Positions 34,656 through 44,642 of a stretch of 64,000 nt of DNA are shown here, one piece after another. Origin of the DNA: Aggregatilineales bacterium (GTDB lineage Bacteria > Chloroflexota > Anaerolineae > Aggregatilineales > J027); the NCBI GenBank assembly GCA_965215855.1, contig CBDCER010000002.1, positions 324,367-388,366 of the forward strand. The letters run 5' to 3'. The position numbers and the translations under genes are program-made. The notes beneath the pieces were generated by a model. That model did no database searches. It was not told the origin of the DNA and worked only from the letters and a program-made list of their open reading frames with translations. Positions within the stretch are counted from its first letter, which is position 1. Every line of letters begins with the position of its first letter.

Positions 34656-35834
34656 ATGGAACTGTTGTCTGAAATCCAATCCGCTATCCGCGATCATTAT
34701 GTTCTCACCGATCAGGTTGATGAGGTTATTTCGGCGCTTGATACACGAGCCGATAAGTTGACAGCAAACCTCGGCCCTCAACAACTTGCCCAAATCGTGA
34801 CCACCATCTTACGCGAAATTACCAATGATATGCACTTTGCGCTTATGTACAGTCCAGCGGGGCAAGGTTCGCCACAACAAGCACAAACGCCTATCTATTT
34901 TCAGCAGAGTGCCCGAAACAACTATTACTTTGAGGAGGCCAAACGGCTGACCGGCAATATTGGATACCTCCACATTCGCATGTTTTCAAATGCACGCGCA
35001 GCCCTGGAAACAGCGATGGGAGCGATGGCTTTTGTGGCACATACTGATGCGCTTATTTTCGATATTCGTCAGCATCGTGGGGGTACGCCGGAGATGATCC
35101 AAGTGCTGTTAAGTTACCTGTTCGATGAAACAACCCATATCAACACGTTTTATCATCGGAGTACCGACGAATATACACAGACCTGGACACTCCCGTATGT
35201 GCCGGGTAAAAGTTTAAGCCATGCGCCAGTTTATGTTCTCATTAGTTCGATGACGGGTTCGGCGGGCGAAGAATTTGCCTATGATTTGCAACAACTTGAC
35301 CGCGCAACACTGATTGGGCAAACAACGGCTGGAGCCGGGCATACCGCCTGTGTTGTCCCTGTAGGCGATAGCTATAAACTCATGGTCCCGCATGGCCGCC
35401 CCATCAATCCCATATCGGGCACAGGCTGGCAGGGCATGGGTGTTGTCCCGGATATTGAAACCCCAGCGGAAGAAGCACTTCGGGTCGCGCATCTCCATGC
35501 CCTCGAAACACTTATTGAGGCAAGTGCAGATGACATGTCGCGTGCTTACTATCAGTGGGAATATGAAACTGCCCAGGCTCATTACCAGCCCTATGTTGTG
35601 AATGATGTATCTGCATATGTTGGAGATTATCAGGGGCGACAGATTATCGAAGAAAACGGCATGTTAGTTTATCACTCGCCGCGAATGCACCAGACGCTGA
35701 CTCCAATCGCGGAACATGTTTTTGCGTTAGGGGATGAAGTGCGTATTCGCTTTGCAGACGATCAAATGCAATTGATCTGGCGGGACCAACCACGCCGAGA
35801 AACCCTTACGAAGCTGACCAACGCCTCAGCATAA
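34656..35834 (+). CDS. S41-family peptidase-like protein (no signal peptide)
   Basis: 392 aa with an AGGAGG RBS. S41 pattern: GNIGYLHIRMF, DIRQHRGGTPE, SSMTGSAGEEFAYDLQ. Confidence 0.75.
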   Translation: MELLSEIQSAIRDHYVLTDQVDEVISALDTRADKLTANLGPQQLAQIVTTILREITNDMHFALMYSPAGQGSPQQAQTPIYFQQSARNNYYFEEAKRLTGNIGYLHIRMFSNARAALETAMGAMAFVAHTDALIFDIRQHRGGTPEMIQVLLSYLFDETTHINTFYHRSTDEYTQTWTLPYVPGKSLSHAPVYVLISSMTGSAGEEFAYDLQQLDRATLIGQTTAGAGHTACVVPVGDSYKLMVPHGRPINPISGTGWQGMGVVPDIETPAEEALRVAHLHALETLIEASADDMSRAYYQWEYETAQAHYQPYVVNDVSAYVGDYQGRQIIEENGMLVYHSPRMHQTLTPIAEHVFALGDEVRIRFADDQMQLIWRDQPRRETLTKLTNASA

Positions 35835-35849
35835 TTTTGGCACAAAACC

Positions 35850-35889
35850 CCGGATAAGCCATCTGGCAAGTCGCACTCGGCTTATCCGG
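35850..35889 (-). terminator. terminator hairpin after the ABC exporter operon
   Basis: Perfect 11-bp arms CCGGATAAGCC and GGCTTATCCGG with an 18-nt loop. On the minus strand GGTTTTGTG follows. It lies between convergent genes. Confidence 0.5.
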
Positions 35890-35911
35890 ATTGCTCAGAA
35901 GTTCTATCTCA

Positions 35912-37702
35912 TCACGGCATGACGCCAACTATTTCCGCCGCCTGTCGGCCATCGGCAGCACGATCCCCTTGCCACAAATGCCGCATCTCATCGCAAGTTG
36001 TCAGCAGACCATCTAAATTGCCCTCGGCTTCGATGCGCCCCTGCTTTAACACGATGATGTGGTCGGCGCGGCGCAAGGCCGGTTTGCGATGGGAGACGAC
36101 CAGACAGGTTGCCTCGTGCTGGAAAACTCGTTCCCATAGCGTGCGTTCGGTCTCGACATCCAACGCACTCGACAGATCATCAAACACCAACAGTTCTGGT
36201 TGGCGCACAAACATCCGCGCTGCTGCCGTGCGTTGAATCTGACCGCCGGACAACCTTACACCTTTGGGGCCGACCATCGTCTCCAGACCTTCGTCTAACT
36301 CCGCCAGATCACGCTCCATCACCGCCGTTCGCAGCGCAGCCTCAACCGGTTCGTCGTTTGCATCCAGGCCCATCAGGATGTTATCGCGCAAAGATTCGCT
36401 GAACAGGCGCGGAACCTGGCCGGTGTAGGCGGTTCGCGGTGGTACGAAGAATTCGCCCAAATTATCTACTGTTTGCCCATTCCAACGCACGTCGCCGCCA
36501 TCTTTGGGGAGCAGGCCCAATAGCGTCCGCAGCAGAGTCGTCTTGCCGGAGCCGATACGTCCCGTGATGACCACAAACTGACCACGTTTCACCGAAAAAC
36601 TGATGTCATGGATGCTGTTCTGTGTGCCAGGATAGGTAAAGCTGAGGTTGGAGACCGTTAGCGCCTCTAGGTGATCTGTCGCTGTTTTCGGTGTATAGAA
36701 CTCAGCCGGTTGAGGAATATGTGGTTGCTGCACCAATATTTCCGGCGGCGCACCCTGCATCAATTCGGTCAGACGCTCATTGGCGACGCTGGCTTGCTTA
36801 TAACGTGCCAGCGCAACTCCAAAGAACCAGGTGGCCTCGGTCACATAGTCCAAATAGTAAACAAACAGCGCGAAATCGCCCACGCTGAAGCTGCCGTCAC
36901 GGATCGAACTGGCGGACAGCAGCAAAATGATACCTGTGCCGATGTTGAGCGTATTCCAGAACACCGATTCCAGCAGTTCGTTAAATAGCCGGTCCAGTAA
37001 AGCAGCTTTGCGGCGACGTTCGTTGATGCCCTCAAAATGGCGGACAACCGGTTCCTCAGCAGTCGCCACCTTCACCGCCTGGGTCGCGCCGAATAGTTCG
37101 CCGATGAAGCCCATCACCTCGCCCGCCACTTTCCGGTGTGCCCGGCGATAGCGTTCGACACGTTGGCGAGCCATGCTCGATAGGATAATCACAATTACCA
37201 GCGGGATGAACACGACCAACGTGATTTTGACGTTGATGCTCAACAAAATCGCAATCGCAATCACCGAAAAGAAAGTGAAGCCAAGCAGATCATTGGTCCA
37301 GATGATGAAGACACCAAGTTGGTCTACATCGCCATCAAAGCGGCTGATGGCCTCGCCAGGTGAGCGTGGCAGCGAACGCGCACCAGGACGTTGCAGGATA
37401 CGCGCCATGACATTGCGCCGCACCAGGTCGCCAACCAGGAAGAATTCGTTCATCCACCCAGCAAACACACCCATATGGACAATACGACGCCCAATCAAAA
37501 ACGCGGCCATGAGTGCAATAATTGTCCAGGCATTCATGCCTGCTGCTGTACTATCGGTCAAGTAATCGAAGAATTCACGCAGTAGCAAGCCCGGCGCTTG
37601 TAGACTTGTAAAGACCAGCAATGTCCCAATGCCATGAATCAGATGCCAGCGCCAGGCACGCCGCATCAATTGAAGCGAGAGTTTCCAGGTCGGCATCATC
37701 AT
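35912..37702 (-). CDS. ABC exporter, fused permease/ATPase subunit (Walker B Asp variant)
   Basis: 596 aa with six TM helices and one NBD. Walker A is GRIGSGKTT and the signature is LSGGQIQR. Walker B is [12 protein letters not shown], with Asp where the catalytic Glu is expected. Confidence 0.9.
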   Translation of the reverse strand: MMMPTWKLSLQLMRRAWRWHLIHGIGTLLVFTSLQAPGLLLREFFDYLTDSTAAGMNAWTIIALMAAFLIGRRIVHMGVFAGWMNEFFLVGDLVRRNVMARILQRPGARSLPRSPGEAISRFDGDVDQLGVFIIWTNDLLGFTFFSVIAIAILLSINVKITLVVFIPLVIVIILSSMARQRVERYRRAHRKVAGEVMGFIGELFGATQAVKVATAEEPVVRHFEGINERRRKAALLDRLFNELLESVFWNTLNIGTGIILLLSASSIRDGSFSVGDFALFVYYLDYVTEATWFFGVALARYKQASVANERLTELMQGAPPEILVQQPHIPQPAEFYTPKTATDHLEALTVSNLSFTYPGTQNSIHDISFSVKRGQFVVITGRIGSGKTTLLRTLLGLLPKDGGDVRWNGQTVDNLGEFFVPPRTAYTGQVPRLFSESLRDNILMGLDANDEPVEAALRTAVMERDLAELDEGLETMVGPKGVRLSGGQIQRTAAARMFVRQPELLVFDDLSSALDVETERTLWERVFQHEATCLVVSHRKPALRRADHIIVLKQGRIEAEGNLDGLLTTCDEMRHLWQGDRAADGRQAAEIVGVMP

Positions 37703-39444
37703 GCCAACACCTCCTCCAGACCGACTTCCAGTAACTGAGAAAATCGTGAACGGGGATCACGCACCAAGTCGAGCCGATTGCCATGCTCGGCGATTTCCCC
37801 GCCCTCAAGAATCATGATTTCATCGGCGCGATCAACCGTCGCCAGCCGATGCGCGATGATGATGCCGGTGCGGTTTTGTAGCAACTTATCGACAGCACGT
37901 TCGATCAGAGATTCGGTAGCTGGATCAAGGCGCGACGAGGCTTCGTCCAGAATTACCAGACCTGGATCGCGTAAGAAAACACGGGTGAAAGCCAGCAATT
38001 GCCCCTCGCCCGCCGACAGTCCTTTGCCGCCGAAATCGAGTTCGGTATCCAGGCCATCCGCCAGCGATTCCAGCCACCCCACCAGCCCCAGTGCCTCAAT
38101 CACTCCCATAATCTGCGCGTCGGGAACAGTCTCATCAAAGAACGTGATATTGTCGCGGATTGTACCCCGAAACAGTTGAACGTCTTGCGTGACCATGCCG
38201 ACGCGCTGGCGCAGATGTTCCAGATGCGACTCGCGCAAATCAACCCCGCCCAGGCGAACCGCGCCCTCGGTAGCGTCATACAGGCGGAATAGTAGGCGGG
38301 CGATGGTCGATTTTCCCGCGCCGGTGCGTCCCAGCAGGCCCAGAATACGCCCCGGCTGTAGATCGAACTCCAGACCATGCAGCACAGTTTCTTCATCGTT
38401 ATAGCGGAACAGCACACGATCAAATTCAACCGAGAGCGGCCCGGTTGGGATTTCGTCGCCTTTACCATCGTTGATCTGTTTGCCGGTGTGATAAAGCTCA
38501 TTGATGCGAAGAATACTGCCGCTGGCGCGTTGCAAGTCTTGAATTTGGCGGCTGATTTGCTCCAGGGGTCGAAACAAGACGTTGGTGTAGTAAACCAACA
38601 AATAGACTGTGCCGAGGGTGATGATGCCGCGCTCGTAAAGGAGCAATCCTAACGCCATCGCAATCACCAGATTCAGGGCACTCAGCGTTTGCAGTACGAA
38701 CAGCACCGAGTAGTTCATCCACCAAGCTTTGTGCCAGCGTTGAACACGGAAGTTCAGCCAGTTGTCGAAACGATTCATCACGTAGCCGGTGGCTCCGCTG
38801 GAGCGAATATCCTCGGTACCTGATAGCCGTTCTTCCAAAAAGCCATACACATCGGCACTCGCGCTGTGGGCATTGCGCCAATGTACGACGGCAATGCTCC
38901 GCATTTTGTTGAGCGTGAATAGTGTGAAGATGGCAAAGGCTGTAAACGCTGCCCCAACGCGCACATCCTCAAGATACATCGCCACCAGTACACCAATCAG
39001 CAAGATCAGGTTGCCGAAGATGCGAATGGTGAAGGCCGAGAAGAAATTCGCCAGGGCGGTCACATCGGTCTCGATGCGCTCAATCAATTCACCAGGGGTC
39101 GTCACGTTATGGAAACGCATATCCAGGCGAAGGCAGTGCATCGCTAAATCGCGGCGCAAGCTGTTGGTGGCCCGCCATGCCACATCCTCGGAGGTATAGG
39201 CCGCCCCCACCGCTGTGATCTGCTGGACTATCGCCATGCCCAAAAAGAACAACGCCGCCCAGGTTAAAGCCTGTGTCTCGCCGCCTTCGGTAGCGGTGTC
39301 AATGAAATAGCGGATCACCTGCGGGTTGATGATCTGTAAGCCGATGCTGGTCAATAGCAAAACAGTCAGGAGAATCACCCGCCGTTTCAGTGGACGGAGA
39401 TAGGTGACTAACAGCGTTCGATATTGTTTGAAAGGTATTTTCAT
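37699..39444 (-). CDS. ABC exporter, fused permease/ATPase subunit (non-canonical signature)
   Basis: 581 aa. Walker A is GRTGAGKST and Walker B is LVILDEASS. The signature reads LSAGEGQ rather than LSGGQ. Overlaps the partner gene by 4 nt. Confidence 0.9.
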   Translation of the reverse strand: MKIPFKQYRTLLVTYLRPLKRRVILLTVLLLTSIGLQIINPQVIRYFIDTATEGGETQALTWAALFFLGMAIVQQITAVGAAYTSEDVAWRATNSLRRDLAMHCLRLDMRFHNVTTPGELIERIETDVTALANFFSAFTIRIFGNLILLIGVLVAMYLEDVRVGAAFTAFAIFTLFTLNKMRSIAVVHWRNAHSASADVYGFLEERLSGTEDIRSSGATGYVMNRFDNWLNFRVQRWHKAWWMNYSVLFVLQTLSALNLVIAMALGLLLYERGIITLGTVYLLVYYTNVLFRPLEQISRQIQDLQRASGSILRINELYHTGKQINDGKGDEIPTGPLSVEFDRVLFRYNDEETVLHGLEFDLQPGRILGLLGRTGAGKSTIARLLFRLYDATEGAVRLGGVDLRESHLEHLRQRVGMVTQDVQLFRGTIRDNITFFDETVPDAQIMGVIEALGLVGWLESLADGLDTELDFGGKGLSAGEGQLLAFTRVFLRDPGLVILDEASSRLDPATESLIERAVDKLLQNRTGIIIAHRLATVDRADEIMILEGGEIAEHGNRLDLVRDPRSRFSQLLEVGLEEVLA

Positions 39445-39462
39445 TCAGGTTCCTCAAAGTGC

Positions 39463-39490
39463 AAAAAGACCACGTGCCCGGCACGCAGTC
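39463..39490 (-). terminator. intrinsic terminator / attenuator hairpin immediately upstream of the ABC exporter RBS
   Basis: The minus strand reads GACUGCGUGC-cgg-GCACGUGGUC, a 10-bp stem including two G.U pairs. UUUUU follows. The GAGGAA RBS and the ATG at 39444 come only ~15-20 nt later. Confidence 0.45.
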
Positions 39491-39604
39491 ATTCGACAGT
39501 AAGGCACAGCCAATCGCGCACGAATGCACTACCACACCGTGCTTGTTCTGGCCATTAAAGACTCTCACACTATCAAACTGAAAAGAAATTCGGTCAGGCA
39601 ACAG

Positions 39605-39646
39605 TTACAGGGTGTCGAGGGTAGGGTACAGGAACATCACATTCAT
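39605..39646 (-). CDS. candidate 13-aa leader peptide (MNVMFLYPTLDTL)
   Basis: AGGAG (39657-39653) lies 6 nt before the ATG at 39646, and TAA is at 39607-39605. It sits in the 307-nt spacer upstream of the ABC exporter. Confidence 0.3.
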   Translation of the reverse strand: MNVMFLYPTLDTL

Positions 39647-39751
39647 CGCAGGCTCCTAATAACTTGAACACCCCAAAAGCGTATCACGAGTCGGCGGTGT
39701 GGTCAACTATCTGATCCGTATTTTTGCCCCTTCTCGACCCTTAGATGATGT

Positions 39752-40186
39752 TTATTCCGGCTTTACAACAGGACTGTCTTGGCGTGTCGGCGCAAGTTCA
39801 AAACGCAAGCGCACCGCTCTCCAACTGATGACATCGCCCGCGGACAGTGCCGTTGGCCCCGCTACTTGTACGCTATTAACACGAACACCGCCATTCTGTA
39901 CATGCAGCCACCAAAACCCATCTTGCCAGGCGACTTTCATCGGTTCGGTTGTCTCGTTAAGGGTCAAAGTGGTCACAGAGGATAGCGCGAAGATATGCCC
40001 AGCTTCGATCTCGTGGGTTTCACTTTCCAACACAATCAGGCGTCCGGTCGGGGGTTGTTCGGCCATTGCCGCCGCCCACTGAAAATCGCGCCACAGCATA
40101 TAGCCCACTACCCCGACGAATATCAGCAAGCAGCCACTCGCGGCCAGCCGCAACACCAGAATCCCAATTTCGGCGCTCAAATCCAC
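39752..40186 (-). CDS. membrane-anchored FHA-like domain protein
   Basis: 144 aa with an N-terminal TM helix. The C-terminal part shows an FHA-like pattern (GRLIVLE ..., TLNETTEP ..., NGGVRVNSVQVAGPTALSAGDVISWRAVRLRFE). Confidence 0.5.
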   Translation of the reverse strand: MDLSAEIGILVLRLAASGCLLIFVGVVGYMLWRDFQWAAAMAEQPPTGRLIVLESETHEIEAGHIFALSSVTTLTLNETTEPMKVAWQDGFWWLHVQNGGVRVNSVQVAGPTALSAGDVISWRAVRLRFELAPTRQDSPVVKPE

Positions 40187-40279
40187 CTCATTTCGGACGT
40201 GCCAACCTCCACCCTGATACTATACCAGAATTCCGTAAGAAACCCGACGATTGCCCGCCAGCTATGCTACAATGAGCGC

Positions 40280-41887
40280 ATGATTATCTTACCGGATTTC
40301 CGTATTCACCAACGCGACTATTTGCTGAAAATCTCGCGGGCCATCACCGCCCAGCTTGATTTGGAGGTGGTGCTGCGTATGGTTCTCGAAGCCTCAGTGT
40401 CGATGCTCGGTGGCGAAGTTGGTCTGATTGCGCTGCGTGATCCCGAAGGGCACCTGGGTGTACAGGCCGTGTTGGGCGTTGACCCCGATCAAGCAGAGAT
40501 ATTCGAGCCATTGCTGGACCTAGTCAACGAGGAAGTTGAGGAAACCGAATCTGATTCGAGTGACATTCAGCTGCGAATGCGCCTGATCTCGCGCAAGTTG
40601 GAACTGAATTTACGACAAATGGTCTCGCTGCCGATGCGGATTTCGGGCGAAATGTTGGGCATCATCTTCGTCTTCCGGCCTTATCCGGGCAACCCGACCG
40701 CTGACGATCTTCGCATTTTGCAGAGTTTTGGCGACCAGGCGGCCATTGCTGTTCATAATGCCGGGCTATATCAGGCGACGATTGCCGAGAAACAACGGCT
40801 GGCGACCATTTTGGATGCTAGCGCGGATGGCATCGCTATTCTCGATGCGAATTTGCGGGTCATGCGGATTAATGCGGTTTTGTCCAGGATGACGGGCTGG
40901 CAACCAGAGTATGCACTGGGCCGTGAACACGCCGATGTTATCCGCTGGGCCGACCCGCCACCAGGCTATACACTGGAAACGGCCATTGCTAAAAACTGGC
41001 CGCTGGATAGCACTGTTGAATCCGAAAACCGCTCGACCTCCCCACCCCACACCTTCCATGTCGAGGGCGAATTGGAGCGCCTGGATGGCCTGAATTTGAG
41101 TGTGGAGATCAAATATGCGCCGGTCTTTTTCGAGGACGGCAGTTTGCGGAACATCATCGCCAACGTGCGCGACATCACCCGTTTCCGCGAGGCCGAGGAT
41201 CTGAAAAACACGTTCATCTCGGTGGTTTCGCACGAACTCAAGACGCCCGTTGCGCTGATTAAGGGCTATGCCAGCACACTGCGGCGCGATGATACACAAT
41301 GGGATGCCGAGACGGTACAACGTAGCCTGACAGTTATTGAAGAAGAGGCGGATCGTCTGACCGAACTTATTGACAACCTGCTGATGGCGTCGCGGATTCA
41401 AGTCGAGGGGATGTTGGACCTACATCTCCTGGATGTGGCGTTGGATCAGATTGCGGCGCGAGCAGTTAGTCGTTTTGAACCACAGACACAACATCATGCG
41501 TTCGCATTGGATTTTGAAGTTGATTTCCCCATCATCGTCGGTGATGAGAAACGCCTGCGGCATGTGATCGACAACTTGGTCTCGAATGCCATCAAGTATT
41601 CCCCGAATGGCGGCACGATTACGATTGGCGGACGCGCTTCTGAAGGACAGGTGCAGGTCTTTGTGCGCGATGAGGGCATTGGGCTATCGCCGGCAGATGC
41701 CGAGCTTATCTTCGACCGCTTCTATCGAGCTGATAATGCGGTGAAACACGGCGCACCAGGAACGGGGCTTGGTTTATATCTGGTACGTGCTATTATCGAA
41801 GCGCACGGCGGACACATTTGGGCCACGCCTCATAAAGGGCAATCCGGCACAACCTTTACCTTTACCCTGCCGCGCTTGCAGCAATAG
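40280..41887 (+). CDS. cytoplasmic GAF-PAS sensor histidine kinase
   Basis: I use the ATG at 40280. The 95-codon 5' extension in the ORF track overlaps the divergent gene. The H-box is FISVVSHELKTPV. ATPase boxes are NAIKYSPNGG, DEGIGL and GTGLGLYLV. No TM segment is present. Confidence 0.9.
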   Translation: MIILPDFRIHQRDYLLKISRAITAQLDLEVVLRMVLEASVSMLGGEVGLIALRDPEGHLGVQAVLGVDPDQAEIFEPLLDLVNEEVEETESDSSDIQLRMRLISRKLELNLRQMVSLPMRISGEMLGIIFVFRPYPGNPTADDLRILQSFGDQAAIAVHNAGLYQATIAEKQRLATILDASADGIAILDANLRVMRINAVLSRMTGWQPEYALGREHADVIRWADPPPGYTLETAIAKNWPLDSTVESENRSTSPPHTFHVEGELERLDGLNLSVEIKYAPVFFEDGSLRNIIANVRDITRFREAEDLKNTFISVVSHELKTPVALIKGYASTLRRDDTQWDAETVQRSLTVIEEEADRLTELIDNLLMASRIQVEGMLDLHLLDVALDQIAARAVSRFEPQTQHHAFALDFEVDFPIIVGDEKRLRHVIDNLVSNAIKYSPNGGTITIGGRASEGQVQVFVRDEGIGLSPADAELIFDRFYRADNAVKHGAPGTGLGLYLVRAIIEAHGGHIWATPHKGQSGTTFTFTLPRLQQ

Positions 41888-41902
41888 CAGAGGAAATCGC
41901 GC

Positions 41903-43234
41903 ATGTCATCACAATCCAGGCAAATGCTTCTTGCCTGTCCCAACTGTGGCAACCAATCGCAGGCCACAGTGCAGCAAATCGTCGATGTGGGCCAAGATCA
42001 ATCGGCCAAATACCGTTTTTTGACTGGGCAGGTCAATAATTTCCGCTGCCCACAATGCCAATATCCCATTAGCATCAGCACGACTCTAGCCTATCATGAC
42101 CCCGAACAAGAACTTCTGCTCATCTATGTGCCGATGGAACTCAATATGGGGCACGATGAGCAGGAACGTATGATTGGGCAACTAACACGCACAATCACCG
42201 AAGACCTGCCCATGGAACAACGCAAAGGCTACTTGCTCAATCCACGTCGTAGCCTGACACTAAAAGGGATGCAGGACACAGTTTTCGATGCCGAGCGCCA
42301 CAATATCACACTAATTGATAAACTGTTGCGGGCCACTCCCGAGGAATTGGAGGAGACGGTGGCGGAACAGAATGATATATTCGACGAACAGTTCTTCGTG
42401 GGCCTGATCGCGGATATGGAACTGGCGCAGGCACTTGGCAGAGAAGAATTTGCCGGACAAATGGAGGGCTTACGCGACATCCTCATCGAACAAAGTAGCT
42501 ATGGCCGCGAACTTATTGCCAACATCCAGAGCCAGGAAGCAACTCGCGAGCAGGTGGTTACTGACCTCAACAACTTGGGACAGCAAGTCACACTTGATGA
42601 TTTGATTGATTTAGCAGTCTCCTATGAAAGCGATGAGGACAAGTTGTTGGCGTTTGTGCGGCTGGTGCGCCCAGCGATGGACTATAACTTCTTCCAACGC
42701 ATGACCGAGCGCGTGGAGACATCTAGCTCTAAGAAAGAGCGGCGTAGGACACGTCGGGTGCGGGATGTGTTGCTTGAAATGACACAAGCATTCGACGCCC
42801 AGGCCCAGGCGCTCATCGTGGCAGCTTTGCAGCAAATCATCAACAGTTCCGATTTGGAACAGGCCGTTCTGCAAAGTCTGTCAATTATCGACAACAATTT
42901 TATTGCAGTGCTAACGGCCAATATCGACGAAGCCCGCAAGCGTGGCGACGATGAATTGTTGCAGCGACTGGAACAGGTGCAGGCCATCATTGAACGTATA
43001 GCAAGCGAAAGTAACCGGCCCGAAGTTCAACTGATTAATGATTTACTGCAACTAGAGGACCCACTCGAAATGCGGTTGATGCTGATTGATCGCGCTCCTG
43101 AATTTGGCCCAACATTACTGCAATACCTGGATGTGTTGGTCGAGCAGGTTCAGCAACAGGGCGGCAATCCGGCTTTGCAACAACGGTTACTGGAAATTCG
43201 TGACGAGGCCGAACAAGTCCTTAATGGTAGTTGA
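41903..43234 (+). CDS. CpXC-type zinc-ribbon protein with long helical C-terminus
   Basis: 443 aa with CPNCGN ... CPQCQ (two CxxC pairs), then an acidic helical region. Starts 15 nt after the kinase stop and has an AGAGGAAA RBS. Confidence 0.6.
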   Translation: MSSQSRQMLLACPNCGNQSQATVQQIVDVGQDQSAKYRFLTGQVNNFRCPQCQYPISISTTLAYHDPEQELLLIYVPMELNMGHDEQERMIGQLTRTITEDLPMEQRKGYLLNPRRSLTLKGMQDTVFDAERHNITLIDKLLRATPEELEETVAEQNDIFDEQFFVGLIADMELAQALGREEFAGQMEGLRDILIEQSSYGRELIANIQSQEATREQVVTDLNNLGQQVTLDDLIDLAVSYESDEDKLLAFVRLVRPAMDYNFFQRMTERVETSSSKKERRRTRRVRDVLLEMTQAFDAQAQALIVAALQQIINSSDLEQAVLQSLSIIDNNFIAVLTANIDEARKRGDDELLQRLEQVQAIIERIASESNRPEVQLINDLLQLEDPLEMRLMLIDRAPEFGPTLLQYLDVLVEQVQQQGGNPALQQRLLEIRDEAEQVLNGS

Positions 43235-44642
43235 GCAACGCCGTCCGGGCAATGTGGGCCGCATCGTCTGGCATGTCAGCATCCTGTACAACCACCACGA
43301 CCACCAGTGATCCACCATTCGGCACGTCAACAAACCCCAAAAACCAACTCACGAGCGCCGCTGGCTTCCCAGCATAAGCGGCGCTGCTATATCCATAAAT
43401 CGGCATCTCCACAATATGGTCGCTGGTGAATTCCAGGGCTGTTCGCAATTGCTGGGCTACATCGGGCGAAAAGAAACGGGTAGATTGATCGGGAATGTCG
43501 AAAGATTGCCATTCGCGCTCGCCCGGTTGCCGGTAAGCATCGGCCATGTATAGCGATGGGGCACGGCCATCATTTGCTATCGCGGCAGCTATTCGCGCCA
43601 TATGCAGGGGTGTCACTGTCAATTGTCCCTGACCGATGACTTCTATCCACGTTTGCTGTTGCAGGTCTGGACGTTGATCGAGGGGAACTGGCGTCGCACC
43701 AGCTCCGGTGTCCATCCGATAGAGAGGCACGGGTTCCAGTAATCCAAATTGCATGAGTAGTGTCTGATAATCCCGGGGCTGTTGCAAGGCAGCAATGAAG
43801 GGCGCGGGGCAACCATAGGCAAATGCTTCGATGAGTTGGATTGGCTCTAGATCGGGCAGAGAAAACAGACACGTTATTCGCTCAAATTCTGGTCCCAGTT
43901 CAGGTAATGATATGACCTGTACTCCGTCTGATAATTGATTTTCTAACGAGTCTCCAGCTTCTAACATTGCGGCCAGCCAGATAATCTGCATGGTTCCACC
44001 AGGCTGGTATTGCCCACGCCGGGCACGGTTGAGCAAAGGCGAGGCGTCGGCACGACCCTGCTCCTCAAGTGTGGTAAATGCGAGCCAGTTCAAATCAAGC
44101 ATGTTGGGATCAAGTTCAGGATGGCTGACCATCGCCATCACTTCACCAGAGGGCACAAGCACAACCACGGCTGCACCATCTTTTCCCTCAAAACTCGTCG
44201 TCAGGTGTTGTTGCAAATCCAGATCAATCGTGGTTCGCAGGTCATAGCCCGGCTGCGGACGATTGAGCAGCTCATCCCATTGGGCCTGCCGCGCATCTTG
44301 CCCATCTACTTGACCAGTCAGCACATCGTCAAAAGCACGTTCCAGGCCATCGGCTCCATATTGGTGGCTGTGATAACCAACTGCGCCCGCCACATGGTCG
44401 TAAGGATAGAGGCGGCGCAGATATTGAGTGGCAGTGTAGGGGCTGCTGACAGCCAGCGCCAGGCCGTGGCGATCCAGGATCAACCCGCGTGGCGATCCCT
44501 GCACCAATCGAATGCGGCGCGGGTTATCATCACGAGTCATTAAATCATCATGTTGAAACAGGATCCAATAGGTGCTACTGGTGGCTACCAGTGCGAAGCC
44601 GAAGACAATCGCCAGCATTAAATTACGAAGTTCGCGAGTCAT
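43221..44642 (-). CDS. class B penicillin-binding-protein homologue (transpeptidase motifs substituted)
   Basis: 473 aa with an N-terminal TM anchor. The bPBP fold pattern is present (GAAVVVLVPSGEVMAMVSHPELDPN, IGQGQLTVTPLHMARIAAAIANDG). However SxxK reads GTMQ, SxN reads GCP and KTG reads KPA. Confidence 0.75.
   Translation of the reverse strand: MTRELRNLMLAIVFGFALVATSSTYWILFQHDDLMTRDDNPRRIRLVQGSPRGLILDRHGLALAVSSPYTATQYLRRLYPYDHVAGAVGYHSHQYGADGLERAFDDVLTGQVDGQDARQAQWDELLNRPQPGYDLRTTIDLDLQQHLTTSFEGKDGAAVVVLVPSGEVMAMVSHPELDPNMLDLNWLAFTTLEEQGRADASPLLNRARRGQYQPGGTMQIIWLAAMLEAGDSLENQLSDGVQVISLPELGPEFERITCLFSLPDLEPIQLIEAFAYGCPAPFIAALQQPRDYQTLLMQFGLLEPVPLYRMDTGAGATPVPLDQRPDLQQQTWIEVIGQGQLTVTPLHMARIAAAIANDGRAPSLYMADAYRQPGEREWQSFDIPDQSTRFFSPDVAQQLRTALEFTSDHIVEMPIYGYSSAAYAGKPAALVSWFLGFVDVPNGGSLVVVVVVQDADMPDDAAHIARTALLNYH

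Noticed and set aside
35850-35889. REP/RAYT-type element. The arm GGCTTATCCGG resembles enterobacterial REP sequence, and a RAYT-like gene is present at 53745.
   Set aside because: I saw only one copy in the window. It sits exactly where a terminator for the convergent ABC operon is expected. The RAYT-like protein lacks HUH. The resemblance is probably coincidental.
39995-40279. 95-codon 5' extension of the histidine kinase ORF
   Set aside because: It overlaps the divergent FHA-like gene and is low-complexity. The ATG at 40280 begins the recognisable GAF domain.
40766-41401. 211-aa minus-strand ORF
   Set aside because: It is antisense to the PAS/HisKA region of the histidine kinase, so it is a shadow ORF.
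43221-43234. Convergent gene-end overlaps (also 8884-8889, 18981-18984 and 57679-57682) as possible antisense regulation
   Set aside because: Short 3'-end overlaps are common in compact genomes, and there is no additional supporting structure.
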